A DNA stretch of 64,000 bases. Origin: an uncultured Verrucomicrobiae bacterium (GTDB taxonomy: Bacteria; Verrucomicrobiota; Verrucomicrobiia; Chthoniobacterales; Chthoniobacteraceae). Where the stretch lies: assembly GCA_963769025.1 (NCBI GenBank), contig CAVYKI010000003.1, positions 224,001 through 288,000 on the forward strand, read 5' to 3'. This document shows, piece by piece, positions 46,837 to 59,024 of the stretch (position 1 is the first letter of the stretch; each line of letters begins with the position of its first letter). Both the position numbers and the translations under genes were made by a program. The notes beneath the pieces were generated by a model. That model did not search any database and had not been told where the DNA came from. It saw nothing but the letters and a program-made list of their open reading frames with translations.

Positions 46837-48019
46837 ATGAATTCCGGCTTCCTCGACAAACTCCTCGAACGCCTCGGCCGCGTCCGCCCCGAGGAGATCC
46901 GCGACTACGTCGTGCGGCTCGCCGACGAAAAGGGATTCTTCGAGACGATTTTCGACGCGCTGCACGAGGGAGTCATCGTCACCGACCCGACGGGCGCCAT
47001 CACTTATCTCAACCGTACCGCGTGCGGGTTTTTCGGCATCGAACGCGACGCCGCGATGGGGCGTCCGCTCGCCGAGCAGCTCCGCGGCCTCGACTGGAAC
47101 GCCATCGCCGCCTCGGAAAAATCCGTGTCGCGCGACATGGAGGTCTTCTATCCGCAGAACCGCTTCCTCAATTTCTACGTCGCGCCTCTGCGGGTGGAAA
47201 AGGCGCCTGCGAAAAAGGGCGGAACCGCCGAGCAGGAACTGATCGGCTACGCCGTCATCCTGCGCGACATCACCGAGAGCCGGAAGAGCACCGAGGAGAC
47301 GATTCAAAGCGAACGCCTCAACGCGCTCACGATGCTCGCCGCCGGGGTCGCGCACGAAATCGGAAACCCGCTCAACTCGCTGAACATCCAGCTCCAGCTC
47401 CTCGCGCGCCGCATGCGAAAACTGCCGGACAGCCAGCGCAAGGATCTCCTGAAAAGCGTGGACGTGGCGAAGGAGGAAATCTCGCGGCTCGACACGATCA
47501 TCCGCCAGTTCCTCGGCGCCATCCGCCCTGCGCGGCTCGAACGCCGCCTCGAAAACGTCAACCATCTCGTCCAGGAAAGCGTCCGCTTTCTCGATGCCGA
47601 GACCACGGACCGCAACATCATCGTCGAGACCGAACTGCGCGCCGATCTTCCGCTGCTCGAACTCGACCGCACCCAGATCAAGCAGGCGTTCTTCAACGTG
47701 ATCCGGAACGCCTTCCAGGCGATGAAAAGCGGCGGCATCCTGCGCATCCGCACGGACATGGACGACCGCTTCGTGAGCATCACCTTCGCCGACACCGGCG
47801 GCGGAATCCCCGAGGCGGAGATGAGCAAAATCTTCGAGCCCTACTTCACCACCAAGGCCGCCGGCAGCGGCCTCGGCCTGCTCATCGTCCGCCGCATCGT
47901 CCGCGAGCACGGCGGGCGAGATCGAGCTCATGAACGACTCCGGCAAAGGCCTCGCCCTCACGATGAAGCTCCCCATCGGCGACCAGCGCCTGCGGATGCT
48001 GCCCGCGCCGGCGGCGTAG
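46837..48019 (+). CDS. PAS-domain sensor histidine kinase (NtrB/AtoS-like); frameshift near 47913
   Basis: PAS, AAGVAHEIGNPL H-box, N-box, DTGGGI, FEPYFTTK, GSGLGL; the shifted frame ends ...RMLPAPAA with a stop at 48019. Confidence 0.9.
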
Positions 48020-48133
48020 GGCCGTCCGACGCCCACCGTCTCCCGGATTCCGGATGCCGCGACCATGCCACACGTGCCGCGTCCCGGTGCGGTGCGCCCG
48101 CTTTCCCGACCGAAGTTCCGATCCAATTTTCCG

Positions 48134-48163
48134 TTGACATTGCTTCCGCACGCCTGCTAGTCG
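48134..48163 (+). promoter_or_regulatory. Possible promoter for the large repeat protein
   Basis: TTGACA at 48134, 18-nt spacer containing TG, then a weak -10 (TAGTCG). Confidence 0.35.
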
Positions 48164-48196
48164 CGCCGCCGCTGGTCATAACTTTTGTCTTTGGTC

Positions 48197-51100
48197 ATGA
48201 ATCTTACCCCCCCCCGAACATTCCCGCTCATCGCGCGTGTCGCATTCCCGTCGCTGGCTTCGCGCCTGCCGAGTCTTCGCCATCTTTCTCTTCCTCTGCG
48301 CGCTTTGCTCGCGGGCGGACACGGAGGTTTTTGAGATTCGTACTTCAGCACCGTTTTTCGGGCGGACGCTTACTCAGACCGAGAACGTGGACAACACGAG
48401 CTGGCAGGTAGGGACGCTCGCATTTTCCCAGAGCTGGAATGGCCAGGCTGGCGTGTGGGACGGCTACGCGACGCTGCCCGGCATTGAATTCGACCTGAAT
48501 GCATACAACCACTTTACCTTCTCCCTGTCCGACTCGGACCTGCGCTGCGCGATAGGCCCCCTTGCCATTCAGGAGGCGCGGAACTCGGATCATGTCCTCT
48601 GGCTGGATTTCAAGCCGCAGTTTACCGGCCCCGCAACGTGGAGCTTCATGGTCCACGCCGATCTCGTCGGTCACGCACTCGGAGTCGCGCAGCCGGTGGA
48701 GGGCGGAGGCCCGCCCGTGGTTTCTCCCCTGTCTCTTGGCAGCGACTGGTTCTCGGCCTATCGGCTGGAAGGCGGCGGTTCGCCATTTTACGGGGTGCGC
48801 GCCTCGGCCCCCGTGGATCCCGCGAAGCCGTTCTGGGTCGTGGATTTCACCACCGGGCTGCGCGCCCCGGCCGGCGCGACGTATCTCCGGGAGGGGTGGC
48901 TGCCCGACACGGCCTCGTATCCGCTGGTGTCGGTTTCCATCCATCTCGACGCGAACTCCGCCGGCGATCGCTTCACGCTGCACTGGCAGTCGCCCGGACA
49001 GCCGGAGATGGTCCAGTCGCTGCTCGCCGCTCCGGGGGACACCGGCTGGCAGCAGATGGGCAATTGGGCCTGGGAGGATCTGGGCGGCACCGTCTCCGTG
49101 ACGGGGAGCGTCGCCCTCGGGGCAAACTATTGGCTGACACGCGACTCGGACGGCTGGACCTACGACTTCGGGATGCTGGATCCGTTTGCCCAGCGGCCCG
49201 ATCCGCTCCGGTGGTCGTTGCGCGGCATGGCCGCCCCGCCCGTGCAGTGGCAGACGGTGACGTTCCATATCGCCACCGGCTACGGATGGTCCGCGGGCGT
49301 GGTTCAGCCCGGCGGCATGAGATCGCTCAGCCCCACGTACAGCGGCACGTTCACACTGCCGGATGCCGACGAGTGGGGCAATCCGCACGACTTCTACTAC
49401 GAGGAATGGACGGCGCAGATCGACCCGCGCGAACCGTACTGGCTGTCGGTCTCGGGCACGCAACTCAGCTACGGCGACACCTGGTTTTTCAATGGCTGGA
49501 CGGCGATGGGCGGCGCACCGAGGGACATGCAGTCGGTCACCTTCGGCATCGAGAGCGGATTCCGGTGGATCAGCCCCTATGTGAGTCAGAGTTCCGGATC
49601 CCAAAATCTCACGCTCTCCGGGGAGGGATATCAAATCCAGGACTTCACCGCCGACGGCACACCGAATGATTTCCACTACGACCTGTGGAATGCCACGGTG
49701 GATGTGAACCGCCCCTACTTCCTCACCGTCAATGGCACCACGCTCGATGCCAACCAGACATGGTTCACCAACGGCTGGCAGTGGCAGGGCGGCAGTCCGG
49801 CACCGCAAAACTGGCAGACGCTGTATTTCACCATCGCGAGCGGCTGCGGCTGGTGGGGTTCCTACGTCACCCAGGGGAACAACTCCTGGGCGCTGAACTA
49901 TTCGGGCACCGGCGGCTACATCGAGGACTACTGGAATGACGGCAGCGGCACCCCGAATTTTTTCTACTACGATGTTTTTTCCGCGAATGTGAACCTGAAC
50001 CTCCCCTTCACGCTCACCGTCAACGGCCAGCAACTCGCACCCGGCGACACGACCTTTTACAATGGCTGGACGTGGCAGGGCGGGCAAAGGACCACCACCT
50101 TCACGCTCAATCTCACGGTGCCATCCGAGCGCGCCAGCCACGATTTCACCCTCACCGCACCGGACGGTGCCTCGGTCACGTGGACGCCCAATGGCTGGAC
50201 GAGCTGGCAGTGGATTTCCCTCTACGATCCGTGGAGGCTTCATTCGTGGGGAATGTGGGGCTCGCTCAGCAACATCTCGCAGACGCTCGACTGGAATGGC
50301 TCCGCCGGCTCTGGACGCTCACGGATACGGTGACGGGGGAAAATGTGCAGTTCGACCCCTCCGGCGCTGCGAGCCATGCGCTGGACCTCAGCCAGTGGTG
50401 GCTCCCGGCCACGCCCATCCAGTTCCAGGTATCCCTCTCCCGCTGGGGCCACGATCTCCGTCTCCGGCAAAAGGACGGCGGCGAATACTTCCTCACGCCC
50501 GGCAGCAGCCAGGGCGGGCTCGTGCAGACTCCCGACGGCTCGTGGGTGGAGAGCTACTACTATTTCGATGCCACCGGCTACCGCCGCGACATGCCCGGAG
50601 TCGACTGGTGGATTTACGACGCCACCACCGCCGAATACGCCCCCGCGAACACCTCGGACCTCACCGGCTGGTGCTGCACGCCAAGCCCGTGAACCTCGCG
50701 GCTGTGCAAAACGGGCTCGGCAGCGTGGACATCACCTGGGATTTGCTCCCGGCTGCGGCTCGGAACTTCTCGCGGGCTCCTTCACCATCACGCGCACTGA
50801 TGGCGGGCTGACCTATTCCACCGCCGCGACCGCGTTTCTCCGGGAAGATGGGAGCTTCGCGTTTCACTACACCGACGCCAGCCTGCAACCCGGCACCTAC
50901 ACCTATCACATCCGCTACTCGTACGGCTCGCAGACCGGCGAGGCCGCCGTGGTGGACGCCCCGGTGCTCGACGCAGAAGGCTACCTCAAGACCGTGGACA
51001 GCGACGGCGACGGCATCAGCGACTGGGATGAAATCCGCCTGGGCAGCGATCCGAACGACCCGGAGAGCGTGCCGCCGACCGACCCGCAACCAACAGAGCT

Positions 51101-52572
51101 GCCACCCCATCCGCCAGAGTGGCGGGCGATCACACGCGCGGTGGGAACGATCTTTCGGGACTATTCAGTAGAATCGGGAGGACCATACGGATTCGCAGGC
51201 ACTTGGATTCGGGGTGAGGACACCTATTGGTCCCTGCGTTCGCCCCTTGCCTGGACTTCGCTGGGAGCACTTCTGCAACGGAAGTCCCGTTTGATGGGGC
51301 TACTCCGGATTCGGAGAATCCAATTCCTGGGAGCCGGTGGCTACGCCGAGACATGGCCGGACCCTGACGGGCAGTATTACAACGCCCCAGGGTTGACCCA
51401 TCGCCGCGTCTGGCTCGAAGTGCAGCCCGCCGCCACCGAGGCCATCACTCGGCAAATGCTTAAGGTGACCAAGCGAACCATTGACGGCAGGGATCCTGGT
51501 GCTACAAGTGGAACCTGTGACGGTCACCATTCCAGCGGAAGCGACCAAATCCGCGCCAATAGACCTCCTTCCCGCATTCACCACATCCCCGACAGACGGT
51601 ACCCACACGGAGACTGTGAATGTGAGCCTCCTCCCGGTGGACATAACGGTGAGGAAGAAGGGTGAGGCGGTCGATCCGAAAGGAGCCTTGGTCAAGATGT
51701 TTGACACCGCTGAAATTGGGCTGAACCCAGGCTGCTTAGATCAAGACAAGCAGCTTGCGAATTTGATCACATGGGAATATCGCAGACTGTGGGGAGATGG
51801 CACCTTCACTGGGTGGGAAAACTTTGGGACGACCAACGCCAGCAAAGGAACAAAATTTGAATATAAATTCTATTCACCGGGTATCTACCAGATTCGGGCC
51901 AACATTACCTCTACCAATGGGCAACAAATATTTGATTACGTCAGAAAGAATGACGACCCTTTTGGGGCTGATTCCCACGGCACCTATAACAAACTCTACC
52001 GAAGAGGACAGGTGGATTACATTGGCGTCGCAAGGGCAGAACGTGACGCCGCGACTGGAGAAGGTGGCGCGAGCACGGCATTTGAGATTGTGAAGTCCGC
52101 ACGAGGAGCCCTCGATTCGAAGGCATGGGCAGAAGCTCCGGCATATACACTTTCAAACGGTTTTGTCGTACCGCCAGGAGCGTCGAAATGTAATATTTTC
52201 ATTTACGAAATTCTCAACCCATTAAAAGCGGTACCGGTTGACTCTGCAGGTGCTCCGCCGCGGGCGTATGAATGGTGGAAAGTTGATAAGAATATAAACG
52301 GCTGGACATGGCATGGAGGATCATGGTATGCGGAACCAGGAGTTGAAGTGGCCAGATACCAAGGAGGATTTCTGCAATTTAGACTCCCGATATTACCTGG
52401 CCATTGTGGCATTCTCGATTACGATGGCGCTTGGATTAGCGCTGGCTCCGCTAACGTGAATCGCAATCCGCATATTACGGATAAGGGCTTTCACTACTCA
52501 AATAATGGCATGAGCTATAATCAAACCACGCTTCTAGAAATCCACTATCAAACTGCCACGTTCCGTGACTAG
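48197..52572 (+). CDS. Large secreted repeat protein, candidate polymorphic toxin with papain-like C-terminus; several frameshifts
   Basis: Signal peptide, Trp-rich ~93-aa repeats, FN3-like segment, DSDGDGISDWDE, LLPVDI at 51628-51645, then a low-GC domain with KCNIF...EWW...GHCGILD. Joined from ORFs 48237-50333, 50072-50692, 50062-50811, 50343-51665 and 51481-52572. Confidence 0.65.
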
Positions 52573-52580
52573 ATTACAAT

Positions 52581-53189
52581 ATGCAACCAATCCTCCTTCT
52601 CTCAGCCGCATGTGCTATGATTTCTACCGGGCTCGTCCGTGCGGTGCCTCCTGAAACCATCAATTTCCTCTCGAATACAGAGAATAAAGTCTCCGAGGAC
52701 GGAATTCTACCGGACGAGGATCTCGACGTATTACCTTGCGCTCGCTATGTCGTTGCAAACTGGCAATCGGTTTTGACGAGTTTCGCGCAGCTTGCGCCCG
52801 ACACGCGCCGTCAGCGCTTAGTGGTGGTCGCGGCCGAGTTTCTGCCTCCGCGTGACTACGTCTCTTTTGTGAGTGGAATCGCAGACCTCCAAACCACGGG
52901 AAACGCTACGCTGCAAACGATCAAAACCGTCGCGATAGCGAAGATGTTCAAGAACGGGTTCCTAGCGTACAACTTTGACAAGCCAGAGGTCGTTGGTCTT
53001 ATCGCGAAACTTGAAACTATCCTGCAAGCTGGGGAACCGGGGACGTGGACAGCATTCTTCACGGCCATGAAGGCCGGAACGCTTAAACAAGCCATTGTAG
53101 CTGAACGAACACGCGACGGCAACCCCATGCCCGAAGCCCTCGCCGATGGACCCAGTGAAGCATATCGACAGCTAATGGGTAATCAGTGA
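52581..53189 (+). CDS. Secreted hypothetical protein, candidate immunity protein
   Basis: Starts 8 nt after the toxin-like stop, signal peptide (MQPILLLSAACAMISTGLVRA), lower GC. Confidence 0.6.
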   Translation: MQPILLLSAACAMISTGLVRAVPPETINFLSNTENKVSEDGILPDEDLDVLPCARYVVANWQSVLTSFAQLAPDTRRQRLVVVAAEFLPPRDYVSFVSGIADLQTTGNATLQTIKTVAIAKMFKNGFLAYNFDKPEVVGLIAKLETILQAGEPGTWTAFFTAMKAGTLKQAIVAERTRDGNPMPEALADGPSEAYRQLMGNQ

Positions 53190-53214
53190 GGTAACGCGGC
53201 TGAATACGAAACTC

Positions 53215-53598
53215 ATGCAACTTCATCGGTTGCCAGCCAGGAGCCGTGCTCTTATTGTGTGCATCGTGTGGCTTTCAACAGCTCTTGCATTTCAAGTATT
53301 CGTGAAGCCGGAAGCGGTAACTGTAACAGATCTGAGTGAGATACAACAGAGAATTCAATGGCTGTTCCTTACGCCGATGATGGCGGCCGCCGGTCTTGCT
53401 GAAGCGCTTGCGTGGCCTAGTGAGTTCACCGTCGGAGGTCTCTTAGTCTCACTTGTGTGCCTCTCCGCACTTTCAATTAACACGCTTATCGTAAGTAGCC
53501 GCAGAGCTTTTGTCGTAATGATCTGTATTAACGCCGTAGTTCTTGCGATCGCCGTTATTTACTTCATCCGATTTTCGCGACTGCCTTCAGCCGGATAA
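53215..53598 (+). CDS. Small multi-pass membrane protein, possible second or orphan immunity gene
   Basis: 127 aa, about 4 hydrophobic helices, low GC, co-oriented with the previous two genes. Confidence 0.55.
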   Translation: MQLHRLPARSRALIVCIVWLSTALAFQVFVKPEAVTVTDLSEIQQRIQWLFLTPMMAAAGLAEALAWPSEFTVGGLLVSLVCLSALSINTLIVSSRRAFVVMICINAVVLAIAVIYFIRFSRLPSAG

Positions 53599-53885
53599 CG
53601 CAAATTGAAGCGCCCGATGCAACCGCCTTGCCATTCAAGTGTGGCGGCGTCCCGCCGCGGCAACTGCCTGCGCAGCCGCCCGCCGTGCAGGCAGCTGCGC
53701 CGCCGCAGCGAGCCGCCCACTTAACCACCGGCACCCTGCGCCGTCACTCTCCTGCTAGCCGCGCCGCAGACCCCAACCCCCGCCCGCTCCGCCCACCGCG
53801 CGGCTGTCACGCCGGCTGCTTGCGCGAACCGCTGCGCGCGGCACTGGCCCGCCCATCATTCCGCCGGGCCAGTGCCGTGCTCGCT

Positions 53886-54012
53886 CAGCATACAACAGCG
53901 GTAAGGCAAAGTGCCGGCAGGCCGCTCCGCCGCTTCTCCACGCACCGGCGCCGCGCTCCAAGGGAGTCCTCCGGCGCCCCCGGCACTTTACCTTACCGCG
54001 CGTTGTATGCTG
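53886..54012. repeat. About 32-bp imperfect inverted repeat
   Basis: CAGCATACAACAGCGGTAAGGCAAAGTGCCGG (53886-53917) faces CCGGCACTTTACCTTACCGCGCGTTGTATGCTG (53980-54012). Confidence 0.8.
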
Positions 54013-54146
54013 TAGCGCGGCAGCCGTCGCGCCAGCCGCCCCGGAGGTGGAGCATCCGGCATTCACCCGCCCCGACACCACCGCTGCCGTTCATGAAGCA
54101 CAATTGGCTTTTGACGGCGGCATTACATCTGGCCATTCTCCCGGCG

Positions 54147-54773
54147 ATGCCGAAGCCGCTCACATGGGATTCCGATGACCCATCCCTCACCTGGGATGCG
54201 CCGGGGCTCACGTGGGACGGATTCGTGCCTGAAGACAACAACCCCAACCCACAGACTAATACCATGCTGCAAGACCTGATAGACCTGAACCTGAGCGATG
54301 CGGACTGGGCGGAGATTGATGCCGCCCTGACCACATTGGAAACCAAACTCGGCGCGAACCTGCTCGACCTGACGACCGAGCAGCGCATGAGCCTCAACAA
54401 GATGGGCGACCGGAGCGAGCCCTTCTGCCGCCAGTCGCTCATCATCGGCCGGCAGAACGCCGCCGAACTGACCGCGCGCGCCGCCGCCGCGCTGGCCAAG
54501 GCCGAGGGCGACCTGGCCGCCTGCGAAAAGCTGCGCCTGCGCCTGACCCGGCTGACTTCCCTGAACGAGAAGGCCAATGACTCGGAAATGGCGCTCGGCA
54601 GCGACGTGATGGAATACGCGCTCTTCCAATACGGCTTCCTGAGCGCCATCGGCGCCGGGGCCGGGCTGGACGATCTCTACGCCCAGCTCGGGCAGCGTTT
54701 CGCCAAAGGCTCCCCGCAGCCCGCACAGCCCGCACAGCCCGCACCGACGCCCACGCCCACGCCGCCCGCGTAG
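54147..54773 (+). CDS. Hypothetical helical protein (alternative start 54264)
   Basis: QDLIDLNL...IDAALTTLE...LT.EQR.SL.KMGDRSEPFCRQ...ALGSDVM; host-like codon usage; three LTWD units at the N-terminus. Confidence 0.7.
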   Translation: MPKPLTWDSDDPSLTWDAPGLTWDGFVPEDNNPNPQTNTMLQDLIDLNLSDADWAEIDAALTTLETKLGANLLDLTTEQRMSLNKMGDRSEPFCRQSLIIGRQNAAELTARAAAALAKAEGDLAACEKLRLRLTRLTSLNEKANDSEMALGSDVMEYALFQYGFLSAIGAGAGLDDLYAQLGQRFAKGSPQPAQPAQPAPTPTPTPPA

Positions 54774-54963
54774 CAAGGCAGCGGGTCGGTTTGCACCACC
54801 AAGGCGCCAAGGTCGGGAGGTGGGAAATCGACATCGCAACGTGTCCCCGAGAGACGAAGGAAATTTGCCGGTGGTGGAGCGAGCGCAGCGAGTGAGAACC
54901 ACCGGATCCCGTCCAACAAAACGATGCATCCCGGCAGCAACTGTGAGGTTGAGCAAGGATTTT

Positions 54964-56120
<1,157 letters not shown>

Positions 56121-56421
56121 GGTTTTGCTAACCGTGCAAGCAACTCACTAAAGCCGCCGCGCAATCAACGAATTCCGTCATACAAGGGACGGGGGAATTC
56201 CGGACGCGAGGCAGTTCCCCTCGCCCCATCCGGGGCGGATGACGTGTGTTGCATGGATCCGGTGGTGTTCGCTTCGCTCGACCACCGGCTAATTTCCGCG
56301 ACGCCTCCGGCGTCAGAAGGTGCATGACACGGTCTAGGCGGAAGGTGTTCCACGGGCGCGTGGAACGCATCGGAGGCGCATTTTTCAGGAAATGCGCAAA
56401 GTGTTGAAAACTCGGGGCTTT

Positions 56422-56484
56422 AACCTCCATCGTCGGAGGTAGAACTGCCAACGACGGGGGTAAGACTCCCATCGTCGGAGCCCC
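56422..56484. repeat. Degenerate 21-bp tandem repeat
   Basis: AACCTCCATCGTCGGAGGTAG / AACTGCCAACGACGGGGGTAA / GACTCCCATCGTCGGAGCCCC; units 2 and 3 match unit 1 at 15/21 and 14/21. Confidence 0.5.
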
Positions 56485-56671
56485 GGACCGCCGCGCTTGG
56501 GGCTTTGGACGCCGCCGCCGGGCCTCCGACTGTCGTCGCCGGGGGTCGGAGCCTCCGGGATCGGCACATTGAACCTCCGAAGCAGGAGCCTGTGACCCCC
56601 GGCCCTCGGGCAAAAAGCTCCGTCGCCGACATTCCGAACGCCGGCCCCGGAGCCGGGAACGCCGTGGGATC

Positions 56672-57147
56672 TCAGTAGCCCAGCTTCGCGAGCTGCTGGT
56701 CGAGGGCGACCTGGAATTCCTCCACTTCGCCGTCGGGCGGGCGGTAGCCCTGCTCCGGCGGGACCATCCCGAGGCGGCCCTGCTGGTCGAGATACCACGA
56801 GGCCGTCTTGGCGTCGCTGAAGGTCACGCTGCCGCTGACGATCGCACCGGGACGGGCGATCTGATCGACCTGCAGCGAGATTTTCCCCGCTGGCTTCGCG
56901 GCGGCGTCGGCGGCGAGCGGCGAGGGCTCCGCCGGTGCGGGCGCGGGACGCCGGCGGGCTCGGGAGCGGGGGGCGGGGCGGGCGGGTCGTTCGGGACGAG
57001 CTTCAGGTCGTCCATGAGGAAGCGCACGTCCATGTAGGTCAGCCGCAGGTCCCACTCCGCGGCGAGCCGGTCCTGGATGTCGGAAAGCTTCAGGCCGTCG
57101 GCCATCCACGCGGCGACTTTTTGTTTCTGCTCGTCGGTAAGTTGCAT
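56672..57147 (-). CDS. Hypothetical protein; frameshift in the Pro-rich linker near 56945
   Basis: MQLTDEQKQKVAAW...LTYMDVRFLMDDL joins VDQIARPGAIVSGSVTFSD...WYLDQQGRLG. Confidence 0.75.
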
Positions 57148-57206
57148 TCGCGGATCGGGCTGAATCCCGCGCTCACTGGCAAGCGCCGATTTCGATTCGG
57201 CGCGTT

Positions 57207-57662
57207 TTACTCGACCTCTGTCGTCACGTTGCCGCCGGGCTCATGGAGCGCCTGCTCGAATGCGCGCCACGCGAGCATCGCGCATTTCACGCGCTGCGGG
57301 AATTTCCGCACGCCCTTCAGCAGGATCAAATCGCCGAGGCCTTTCACCGCGGGCTCGGTCTCGGAGGTCACGAGCTGATGGAATGCGCGGAGAAACTCCT
57401 CGGCCTCGGCGCGCGGCTTGCCCTTGAGCTTCATCGTCATGAGCGAGGCGGATGCCAGGCTGATGGCGCATCCGCTGCCGGTGAATTTCAGGTCCTCGAC
57501 GCCGCCATCCGGGCGGAATTTCACGTGGAGATCGATCTCGTCGCCGCAGGATGGATTGTCGCCGTGGACGCTCACCGCGCCGGGGAGTTCGCCGTAGTTC
57601 CGCGGGCGCTTGGAGTGGTCGAGGATGACCTGCTGGTAGAGTTCTTCGAGTTCGGTATTCAT
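57207..57662 (-). CDS. sufU: SUF system NifU-like protein SufU
   Basis: LYQQVILDHSKRPRNYG, NPSCGDEI, GCAISLASAS, RVKCAMLAW. Confidence 0.93.
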   Translation of the reverse strand: MNTELEELYQQVILDHSKRPRNYGELPGAVSVHGDNPSCGDEIDLHVKFRPDGGVEDLKFTGSGCAISLASASLMTMKLKGKPRAEAEEFLRAFHQLVTSETEPAVKGLGDLILLKGVRKFPQRVKCAMLAWRAFEQALHEPGGNVTTEVE

Positions 57663-58885
57663 CGGTCAAAAAAGCGGTGCGCGTCGCGGAGGATGGCACC
57701 CATGCGGTCCACTTCTCCGAGCGTGTTGTAGAAGTAGAAGCTCGCGCGGGTCGTGCCGGGGAGCTTGAGCTTGCGCATGAGCGGCTGGGTGCAGTGGTGG
57801 CCGCCGCGAAGCGCGAGGCCGTGCTCGTTCGCGTAGGTCGTGAGGTCGTGCGGGTGCGCCCATTCGGCGTGGAATGCGGCGAGCGCGCCGCGCTGGGTCT
57901 TCGGGCCGAGGACGCGGACGCCGGGGATTTCCTCGAGGTGCCGCACGGCACGCTCGGCCAGCTCCGCGTCGTGCGCGAAAATATTCTGCCGGCCGATGGC
58001 TTCGAGGTAATCGATCGCGGCGCCGAGACCGATGGCACCCGCGATGTTCGGCGTGCCCGCCTCGAATTTCCCCGGCGGCTGCTTGTACGTCGCGCGCTCG
58101 TAGGTGACGCTCACGATCATCTCCCCTCCCCCGTGCCACGGCGGGATTTTCTCCAGCAGCTCACGCCGCCCGTACAGCGCGCCGATGCCCGTGGGCGCGC
58201 AGACCTTGTGGCCGGAGAACACGTAAAAATCGCAGCCGATTTCGCGGACATTCACCGGCATGTGCCCGGCGGATTGCGCGCCATCCACGAGCGTCACCGC
58301 GCCGACTGCGCGGGCGGCACGGCAGAGTTCGGCTGCGGGATTGATGGTGCCGAGCGAGTTCGACACGTGCACGAAGGCGAACAGTTTCACCTCCGGCGTG
58401 AGCAGTTCGCCGAGCTTGTCGAGCGCGAGCGAGCCGTCGTCCGCGACGGGCACGAAACGCAGCTTCGCGCCCGTTTTCCCGGCGAGGATCTGCCACGGGA
58501 TGAGATTGCTGTGGTGCTCCATCTCCGTGAGCAAAATCACGTCGCCGGCCTTGAGGTTCGCCGCGCCCCACGTGTTCGCGACGAGGTTGATGCCCTCGGT
58601 CGTGCCGCGCGTGAACACGATTTCCTCCGCGCTCTCCGCGCCGAGGTAGCGGGCCACCTTCCCGCGCGCGCCCTCGTAGGCATCCGTCGCGCGCGAACTC
58701 AGCTCATGCAGCCCGCGATGCACGTTCGCGTTGTCGTTTTCGTAGTAATGGACGAGCGCCTCGATGACGGCGCGCGGCTTCTGCGAGCTGGCGGCGTTGT
58801 CGAGGTAGAGCAACGGCTTGCCATTCACCTCCTGCCGGAGAATCGGGAAATCGTCGCGGACTTTCGTCCAGTCGGTCTTGGTCAT
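57659..58885 (-). CDS. sufS: Cysteine desulfurase SufS
   Basis: YLDNAASSQKP, NVHRG, EHHSN, SGHK, FEAGTP, RGGHHCTQP. Confidence 0.95.
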   Translation of the reverse strand: MTKTDWTKVRDDFPILRQEVNGKPLLYLDNAASSQKPRAVIEALVHYYENDNANVHRGLHELSSRATDAYEGARGKVARYLGAESAEEIVFTRGTTEGINLVANTWGAANLKAGDVILLTEMEHHSNLIPWQILAGKTGAKLRFVPVADDGSLALDKLGELLTPEVKLFAFVHVSNSLGTINPAAELCRAARAVGAVTLVDGAQSAGHMPVNVREIGCDFYVFSGHKVCAPTGIGALYGRRELLEKIPPWHGGGEMIVSVTYERATYKQPPGKFEAGTPNIAGAIGLGAAIDYLEAIGRQNIFAHDAELAERAVRHLEEIPGVRVLGPKTQRGALAAFHAEWAHPHDLTTYANEHGLALRGGHHCTQPLMRKLKLPGTTRASFYFYNTLGEVDRMGAILRDAHRFFDR

Positions 58886-59024
58886 CGCCGGCACCTTCTC
58901 ACCCCCGCGCCGCGGATTCAACTTCGGGCAGCGGATACTTTCCCAAAACATCGCGTCCCGGCAGCATGACACTGGCATTTTCGCGGGAGCGGGGTTATAC
59001 GGACACCCCTCCGCATTTCCCTAT

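Noticed and set aside
52573..53720. Integron cassettes or attC sites around the low-GC small genes
   Set aside because: TAAC follows the stops, but there is no matching GTTRRRY-bounded palindrome and no integron integrase.
56422..56484. CRISPR array
   Set aside because: Units are adjacent, degenerate and spacer-less; no cas genes.
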